Shown one piece after another: positions 58,166 to 64,000 of a stretch of DNA of 64,000 nt. This DNA is from Candidatus Aenigmatarchaeota archaeon (GTDB lineage: Archaea > Aenigmatarchaeota > Aenigmatarchaeia > CG10238-14): positions 10,320-74,319 of the forward strand of contig JAWBZR010000003.1 in assembly GCA_044343545.1 (NCBI GenBank), in the 5' to 3' direction. Position 1 is the first letter of the stretch; every line of letters begins with the position of its first letter. Below the pieces are notes generated by a model. It ran no database searches. It was not told the DNA's origin and saw only the letters and a program-made list of their open reading frames with translations. The position numbers were made by a program, and so were the translations under genes.

Positions 58166-59445
58166 GGTAACAATCTTTCAGGCGTTCTTGGAAAGAGGAC
58201 AGCTTCCCTGACATTTTTTATGTCAAGCATTTGCATTGTTAACCTTTCCAAACCCACGGCAAATCCGCCTAAAGTAGGAGCGCCGTACTTGAAAAACTTG
58301 ACGAACCATTCGATTGAATCAAAATTCATCTTTTTTTCTTTAACTTGCTCTACAAGCTTTTCATACCTATGCTCTCTCTGTCCTCCAGAGCTCAATTCAA
58401 CACCCTTGTAAATCATATCAACGCTTCTTGCCCATATTGGTTCGTCATCTACCCGCATAACATAAAATGGTTTTACAGCAAAGGGAAACCTGTTGACAAA
58501 AAAGAAATCTGATTTGTACTTTTCCTTCACATACTTCCATAATATAATTTCTGACTCTCTGTCATAATCTTCTCCTATCTCGTATTTCTTACCAAATTCT
58601 GCCAATATATCGTAAACTTTCGGGAATTCTAAAACAGGGAAAGGCAACTTGGGTACCTGCAACTCGACCTCTAATAATTTTAATTCCTTTTCGCAGTCTT
58701 CGCGGACCTTTTTGAAAGCTGCTTCCATTAATTCTTGCTCGACCTTCATAACATCATACTCATCCTTTATGAATGCCAACTCAACTGCACACGCTCTGTG
58801 CTCGCATAAATGTCGAGTGGTATGGCTTAATTCCGCTCTCCAACTTGGGCCTAAATCAAAAAGTTTTTCTATCCCACCCAGTATAGTAAGCTCTCTATGC
58901 AATTGTGGGTCTTGCCTCAAAAATGCTTCTTTATCGAAGTAAGCTACTGGAAATACTTCTGAACCTCCTTCGGAAGCCGCACCCATTAGGCAAGGTGTAA
59001 AAACTTGCAAGAAGCCGTTTTTAGTAAGATATTCTGTCATTCCTTCGACAATCTTTGATTGAATTTTGAATATAGCTTTATTCTTGGGATGCCTCAAGTC
59101 TAAACTTCTCCAATCGAGCCTTGTTTCAAGCTCAGCTTTAGTTTTGCCGGAAGGATCTAAAGGTAAGGGGGTGTGAGCTACGCTTACAATTTCTATATTC
59201 TTGGGAAATATTTCGAAACCTTGAGGTGCTTTTTCATTTTCTATCCTCTCACCCTCAACTATTATGCATGATTGTCTCGTTAATTTTTCGACCTTTTCAA
59301 TTATATCTGGTGTAGCCAAGCTTTTATTGACAGTTACTTGGATGTAGCCGTCATAAGTATTCAATTTTAAAAATTTTATTCCTCCCAAATCTCTTATCTC
59401 GTCTACAAAACCTCTCACCAGCATTGAATGCACCTCGAAAAGCAA
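58162..59445 (-). CDS. aspS: aspartyl-tRNA synthetase, archaeal type (likely non-discriminating)
   Basis: N-terminal OB fold. Class II motif 2 region FRAELSHTTRHLCE. Motif 3 GGFAVGLERLTMQML. ~427 aa, as for archaeal AspRS. Confidence 0.85.
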   Translation of the reverse strand: MLFEVHSMLVRGFVDEIRDLGGIKFLKLNTYDGYIQVTVNKSLATPDIIEKVEKLTRQSCIIVEGERIENEKAPQGFEIFPKNIEIVSVAHTPLPLDPSGKTKAELETRLDWRSLDLRHPKNKAIFKIQSKIVEGMTEYLTKNGFLQVFTPCLMGAASEGGSEVFPVAYFDKEAFLRQDPQLHRELTILGGIEKLFDLGPSWRAELSHTTRHLCEHRACAVELAFIKDEYDVMKVEQELMEAAFKKVREDCEKELKLLEVELQVPKLPFPVLEFPKVYDILAEFGKKYEIGEDYDRESEIILWKYVKEKYKSDFFFVNRFPFAVKPFYVMRVDDEPIWARSVDMIYKGVELSSGGQREHRYEKLVEQVKEKKMNFDSIEWFVKFFKYGAPTLGGFAVGLERLTMQMLDIKNVREAVLFPRTPERLLP

Positions 59446-59537
59446 GAATGAGTGGATTCAAAAATTAAAACATTCGCCCTGCATCTTTACACCTTAAAAA
59501 ATAAAATGATTTGAATGTATTTAAAGCCAATGGTGAA

Positions 59538-60122
59538 TTAATCTGGATTTCTTCCTTGCGGAGTATTGTCTTTTTCGCTTATTATCCAACCTATTAACAC
59601 TACAGTAAGAATAACTAGTATTGCCAAAGCTACATCTTCACCACTAATTCTAAGGTTTGGAGGAATAACATTTGCAAAAAGCAAAACGCCTCCACTTGAA
59701 ATAAACATCGCTATCGCAATTAAACCTGCCACAGCTAATAGAATTTTTAATGTTTTTTCTTGAAGTGAAATTGGAGTAAAATTAAAAATGGAAGAGGATA
59801 GTATCATTGAGATTAGCATAATAGCAACCATTATTGTTACAAGAGCTACAGATGATTGAGTAAAAAAATTGGCGAAAAACCTGCTTATTGGTATTGCTGC
59901 AGGGGAAAAGATAGTAACATACATTGCTGCTACGAATGCAACCATTGCAGTTATCCTGTTAGCTGTTTTATCCTCCTGTCCTTGCGTTACTACCTTAAAT
60001 ATTCCTATCTTTCTTAGTATGCCGTAAAACAAGGCGAAAGTTAAAAGAAAGGGAAGATATACTTCAAAAACCCCTTGACTTTGCAAGGCTTTTATAAAAG
60101 TGGGAAACACAGGTTGTGGCAT
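59538..60122 (-). CDS. hypothetical polytopic membrane protein
   Basis: 5-6 TM helices; no motif recognised. Confidence 0.35.
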   Translation of the reverse strand: MPQPVFPTFIKALQSQGVFEVYLPFLLTFALFYGILRKIGIFKVVTQGQEDKTANRITAMVAFVAAMYVTIFSPAAIPISRFFANFFTQSSVALVTIMVAIMLISMILSSSIFNFTPISLQEKTLKILLAVAGLIAIAMFISSGGVLLFANVIPPNLRISGEDVALAILVILTVVLIGWIISEKDNTPQGRNPD

Positions 60123-60265
60123 TAAATTTAAATTTGAAGTTTTTAGTTAATAAAACTTTCAAGTTGTTAAAAAGTTTTTGGGACTTTTAATTAAATTCTG
60201 CTCAACATCAAGGAGTTTGAAGTGTGGAGAATAAAATATTAAAATTTTAGTGTATATAATTTTTT

Positions 60266-61135
60266 ATGATGGTTTATAGACAAAATATTCAAAATCAAAA
60301 TAATAAAAGACGATTTTCAATAAAAAGCCTCTTGATTGTAAGTGTATTAGTTCTGGCTTCTATTTGTGTTGGTGTTGGGTATTCTAATAATCTTAGAAGT
60401 GTGAGTTTATTTCGACCGACACCGACGGCGACTTATACGGCTACACCGACGGCGACTTATACGGCTACACCGACGGCGACTTATACGGCTACACCGACGG
60501 CGACTTATACGGCTACACCTAGACCGACGAATACACCGACGGCGACGGCCACACGAAAACCAATTCCTACACCAACTCCAGATCCTTGTGCTGGTGCAAC
60601 AGAACCCGGTGCAAGAAAAAATTTTACATATAATCAAATAGTACCTTGCCTTGACACACCTCAAAAAATAGCTGCATTTCTAAACAACAATATAACTTAT
60701 GAGCCTGATGATGTAAACAATTATCTGCCAGCAGAAGAGGTATATAACAAAGGTAAAGATGATTGTGACGGTTTTGCTATTTTTGCAGCATGTACAGCAG
60801 CAATGAATGGGTATGAAGCATACCATGTAGGTATAGAAGTAGAAACAAGTTGGGGTCATAATATAGCTATAGTTGGATATAAAGGAAGGTATTATGTTAT
60901 AGATAATTCTACTCTTTTGGGTCCATTTTCAACACCCGAAGAGGGTATTGTAGTTGTAGTTAGAAATATAGCAAGCTACGAGCCATACGGATACCCTTTT
61001 ACAGAATATGCCAACCTTCTTCGAAACAGAAGAGAAATACATGTAATATATTTCCCTCCTTGTATTTATCAAAAATATATAGATATTTCTCATATTCCCG
61101 GCCAAACATCTGAAACAATTCAAATACCACCATAG
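60266..61135 (+). CDS. secreted protein with (TATYTATP)n repeat linker and C-terminal papain/transglutaminase-like cysteine peptidase domain
   Basis: Signal SLLIVSVLVLASICVGVGYS. Repeats TATYTATP x4 + PTP-rich segment. C-domain Cys GKDDCDGFAIFAACTAA, His SWGHNIAIVGY, Asp VIDNS. Confidence 0.5.
   Translation: MMVYRQNIQNQNNKRRFSIKSLLIVSVLVLASICVGVGYSNNLRSVSLFRPTPTATYTATPTATYTATPTATYTATPTATYTATPRPTNTPTATATRKPIPTPTPDPCAGATEPGARKNFTYNQIVPCLDTPQKIAAFLNNNITYEPDDVNNYLPAEEVYNKGKDDCDGFAIFAACTAAMNGYEAYHVGIEVETSWGHNIAIVGYKGRYYVIDNSTLLGPFSTPEEGIVVVVRNIASYEPYGYPFTEYANLLRNRREIHVIYFPPCIYQKYIDISHIPGQTSETIQIPP
60421..60516. repeat. tandem repeat, 24-nt period, 4 perfect copies
   Basis: accgacggcgacttatacggctac x4, followed by degenerate copies to ~60550. 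Confidence 0.8.
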
Positions 61136-62826
61136 CAAAAAATAAAACAACCGATCACATAAAATGTAATTATAAAATCTGATGCAAAGCAATTTACCGA
61201 AAATCCACCATCACTATTCTGAAAGTTTTTTAACCATTCAACTAATTCTTTCTTTTTATCGATTTCCTTGTTCAACATCCAAAGAGAATACAACGCATAA
61301 AAAGTTGCTTGAATGTTAGAATTTTCATCGGGTGCGTATCCAAAACCACCGTCAGCATTTTGACAGGATAAAATCCACTTTGCGCACTTTTCTTTAATTT
61401 CCTTTATGAAATTTTCTCTTCTCGTTTTTTCTAAACCGAAAAATCTTTCTAAAAGATATACAATTCTTACAGCTAAGAAAGTAGTATACATGAAAGATCT
61501 TTTTGGATCTCCAAACCCGCCATCATCATTAAAAAACTTTAAAACTCTGTAAAGAATTTGCTCTGAAATTAACCAATTCAATAGTTCTTCTTGTTCTATT
61601 TTTTCTTTCATAATGTAAAAACATTCCAATGTTTCTTTAAAGGTTCTAAGTAAATCGATACAAGATGTTTCTTTCGTTAAATATTCTTTAAGTTTATTTT
61701 TCAATCTTAAAAACAGCAGCTTTTTCCAGGTTTTTTTCAACTTGAAATTCGAAAACTTGAAAACTTCCAGAGAGCTTCTGGTATAATGTTCCATGTGTGT
61801 TTCAAAACCAGGTAAATGTCCCCACGAATAATTCGTTGATGATTGTAACAGCCAATTCAAGTATCTTTTCACACCTACATTGTTTATTTTACCTAAAAGA
61901 TATAAAGTGTGAAAACCTTTGTTGTTTTTAAAAATATACTTTTCATTTGAGTGATAAAAACCACCTTGAGGTATTTCAAGAATTTTAACCATTTCTAAAA
62001 CTTTCTCAGATATTTTTTTCAATTTTCCTATCTTTTTGAAAATTTTAACTATAAAGTAGACGTCATTTAGCTCATATTGTTGAATGTTTTCCTCTATTAT
62101 TTTTATTTGATCGTCTAACCAATCAGGCAAATCTATATTTTCAATTAATATTGATCTTAATTCTAAAAAATAAAATACCTCTTCAAAATTATTTTTTTTA
62201 ATTGAATTTTCCATAAAATTGAGAAAATCTATTACACTTTTATTAAAATTTACATTACCTCTCAATATTTTATAACATTTTACATAATTAAAAAAAGTTT
62301 TAATATCAGAAAAAATGTTGTTTGATTCCATATATTTTATAGCTCCTTCTACATCTATAGGTTTTGAATCTAACAGATCTAGAATTTGAATAACTTGAAA
62401 GGTATCTATCAAATTAGATCGACTATTTCCGATAGAACCAAAACCACCATCTTTATTTTGCAAACTTTGGTAAAATTTTATCATTTTTTCTTTATATTTC
62501 GGTTCTTTACCTATGATTTTCATCATTTGAAGGCCATAAAAAGTTCTATCCGTCCAAGGCATTTCTCCTGGAAGCTCGGCAAAACCCCAAGAACCTTCCT
62601 GCAAGCTTTCTATAAATCTTTTTGTATTTTCAGAAATCTCGTAACCACAATCATTCAAAACAGAAACACAAAGATATGTTGTATATATCATTGGTGAGGG
62701 AACACTAAAACATCCTTCAGTTAATTGTGAGTTTATTATAAAATTTGCTACCTTTTCAGTATCGATTATCTCATTCAACCTTTTCACAATCACTTTATCA
62801 AATTTGAATAGTGGTTCATTCAACAT
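61120..62826 (-). CDS. prenyltransferase/squalene-oxidase-repeat (alpha/alpha-toroid) protein
   Basis: Five QxxDGGFG-type repeats (QEGSWGFAEL; QNKDGGFGSIG; QGGFYH; QNADGGFGYAPDE; QNSDGGFSV), each followed by an aromatic, as in PF00432/PF13243. Confidence 0.5.
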   Translation of the reverse strand: MLNEPLFKFDKVIVKRLNEIIDTEKVANFIINSQLTEGCFSVPSPMIYTTYLCVSVLNDCGYEISENTKRFIESLQEGSWGFAELPGEMPWTDRTFYGLQMMKIIGKEPKYKEKMIKFYQSLQNKDGGFGSIGNSRSNLIDTFQVIQILDLLDSKPIDVEGAIKYMESNNIFSDIKTFFNYVKCYKILRGNVNFNKSVIDFLNFMENSIKKNNFEEVFYFLELRSILIENIDLPDWLDDQIKIIEENIQQYELNDVYFIVKIFKKIGKLKKISEKVLEMVKILEIPQGGFYHSNEKYIFKNNKGFHTLYLLGKINNVGVKRYLNWLLQSSTNYSWGHLPGFETHMEHYTRSSLEVFKFSNFKLKKTWKKLLFLRLKNKLKEYLTKETSCIDLLRTFKETLECFYIMKEKIEQEELLNWLISEQILYRVLKFFNDDGGFGDPKRSFMYTTFLAVRIVYLLERFFGLEKTRRENFIKEIKEKCAKWILSCQNADGGFGYAPDENSNIQATFYALYSLWMLNKEIDKKKELVEWLKNFQNSDGGFSVNCFASDFIITFYVIGCFIFCYGGI

Positions 62827-62874
62827 TGTTTACTTTAATAAAATTTCAGAAATTTTAAGTTTTATCAAAATGTT

Positions 62875-63090
62875 TTAAACATCCTTTACCATAGATAAAA
62901 CATAATTATAAAATTCGTCTTTAAGTTTTTCGACATCCATTTCTTCTTTCGGAATTAAAACGGCATATATCTTTTCATCTGAGCCGTCAACCAATATCCA
63001 ACATAAATGAATATAATCGTTAGCTGCCAATATTACATGTTCTTTTTTGAAAAACTTTGTATCAAACTCTAATACTATTCTATCTTTCAC
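62875..63090 (-). CDS. hypothetical protein
   Basis: 71-aa ORF with no motif; forms a small operon with 63087-63422. Confidence 0.25.
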   Translation of the reverse strand: MKDRIVLEFDTKFFKKEHVILAANDYIHLCWILVDGSDEKIYAVLIPKEEMDVEKLKDEFYNYVLSMVKDV

Positions 63091-63422
63091 ACTCCTTCAC
63101 CTTGAGATTTTAACGCTCTTTCTATTATCGTCTTTCTCAAATCAGCAGTTTTCCAACCTCTAATAGCAGCAGCCGCGTAGCTAATTAACTCGTTATTAAA
63201 CTCTCTTCCAACCTTTTCCAAATCAACCTTACCTTCTTTCGGCTTTAACTTAACAATCACTTCCTCCTCAGGTTCACCTTCTATCTTAACATAATACTTG
63301 TCCAAAAAAACATAAATGGCAGAATAAATGACATCCAAGTTATAAAATTTTGGATTAATTAAAACCTGAACAAAATTCTCGTCTTCGTTAACAACCAAGT
63401 TATCTAAAACTTTTTTCCCCAT
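63087..63422 (-). CDS. hypothetical protein
   Basis: 111-aa ORF with no motif. Confidence 0.3.
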   Translation of the reverse strand: MGKKVLDNLVVNEDENFVQVLINPKFYNLDVIYSAIYVFLDKYYVKIEGEPEEEVIVKLKPKEGKVDLEKVGREFNNELISYAAAAIRGWKTADLRKTIIERALKSQGEGV

Positions 63423-63466
63423 ACCACAAGCACTAATTTATATTTTTAGTTTAAATAAATTTATTT

Positions 63467-64000
63467 ATGTTCGTTGCCATTACGTTGATATTGATATTCG
63501 GTTTGCTCACATCGTATGCTGACATAAAGCAAGGAAAAATAAAAAATTCTATAATAGTTGCGATGCTGATCTCCTCAATAATAATAAATGCATTTATATT
63601 GAAAATTACGGGAGAAGTGGCGGTAAAATATATTATCAACCTCTTTGCTTCCTTAATTTTCAGTTTTGTGCTTTGGTACTTGAATTTTTGGACAGCTGGC
63701 GATGCAAAACTTTTTTTCGCATACTCAGCTCTCTTACCACTTTCCATTTACAAGTTCGGTATTTTTGAGTTTTTTCCTTCCTTCACACTAATAATAAATT
63801 CTTTCACTCCGATAGCCGTTTATATTTTCATAATTTCTTTAAAAAATTTTAACAGAAATTTATTTTTAAAAGAATTCAAAGAAAGTTTTTCTCCAAAAAA
63901 TATATTGAGTGTTTTGATGACTATTTCAGGCGTGCTGATGGCTATAAAGCTACTTTTTTCAATTTTAAAATATCAACCAAATTTCCTAACAAACACAATT
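63467..64000 (+). CDS. class III signal peptidase (A24-family prepilin/preflagellin peptidase, PibD/FlaK-like), 3'-truncated by window end
   Basis: Open frame from ATG ~63467 to the window end (not in ORF track). Polytopic. First Asp in LLTSYADIKQGKIKN; second catalytic motif NFWTAGDAKLFFAY (GxGDxKL-like). Confidence 0.5.
   Translation, partial: MFVAITLILIFGLLTSYADIKQGKIKNSIIVAMLISSIIINAFILKITGEVAVKYIINLFASLIFSFVLWYLNFWTAGDAKLFFAYSALLPLSIYKFGIFEFFPSFTLIINSFTPIAVYIFIISLKNFNRNLFLKEFKESFSPKNILSVLMTISGVLMAIKLLFSILKYQPNFLTNTI

Noticed and set aside
63451-63747. Minus-strand 98-aa ORF
   Set aside because: It is antisense to a longer plus-strand frame that carries prepilin-peptidase motifs and runs to the window end.
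1-64000. CRISPR arrays, integrases, transposases, rRNA genes
   Set aside because: I found no regularly spaced short direct repeats with unique spacers. The repeats seen are intragenic coding tandem repeats. No integrase or transposase motifs are recognisable. No rRNA-like conserved blocks are present.

Overview
This window reads as an AT-rich archaeal chromosome segment. The coding is dense and the proteins are short. I would place it in DPANN or Nanoarchaeota (Woesearchaeota/Pacearchaeota-like) from content alone, which is an inference with no database support. The archaeal call rests on: RFC small and large subunits, Rad50, Mre11 and a HerA-like ATPase, archaeal-type adenylate kinase, a Fap7/AK6-like kinase, FtsZ, type IA topoisomerase, endonuclease III, a GatCAB + AspRS operon followed by tRNA-Asn, an intron-containing tRNA(CAT), and class III (pilin-type) signal peptides. 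A class III signal peptidase is truncated at the window end. The backbone carries information-processing genes (herA, adkA, tRNAs, nth, rfcS/rfcL, rad50/mre11, topA, ftsZ, aspS-gatCAB). Interleaved is a very large complement of secreted or cell-surface proteins. Many of these carry Thr/Pro-rich tandem-repeat linkers and novel Cys-rich modules. The most striking accessory region is 33.9-40.8 kb. It holds a duplicated two-gene surface cassette: a Thr-rich protein with repeated 4-Cys 'CNGRSF..C..C.W.G..GxC' modules, plus a ~347-aa secreted partner. Three B-type and two A-type copies are arranged around a HEPN/MNT toxin-antitoxin pair. Other notable items: (1) a minimal exosortase/archaeosortase-like membrane protein in an operon with an RNase-H-fold (DUF460-like) protein and a long coiled-coil protein. 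Several surface proteins in the window end in TM + Lys/Arg tails and are candidate substrates. (2) A prokaryotic pentameric ligand-gated ion channel (Cys-loop) homolog. (3) A polyamine cluster (speH, bpsA-like aminopropyltransferase) next to a carbamoyltransferase paralog whose catalytic motifs are all substituted. (4) mre11-HAD-rad50 and rfcS-membrane-rfcL operons. (5) An extremely AT-rich glycosylation island (GT2 x3, a polytopic membrane protein with a C-terminal LamG domain, a GT-C membrane protein) bordered by an AbiEii/AbiEi pair. (6) A secreted-protein gene with a mosaic, partly 100 %-identical internal ~490-bp duplication. All coordinates rely on the supplied ORF track. The tool accepts GTG/TTG starts, so several start sites are uncertain. 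tRNA coordinates are my own and could be off by +/-1. No homology searches could be run; functional calls rest on motifs I recognise.
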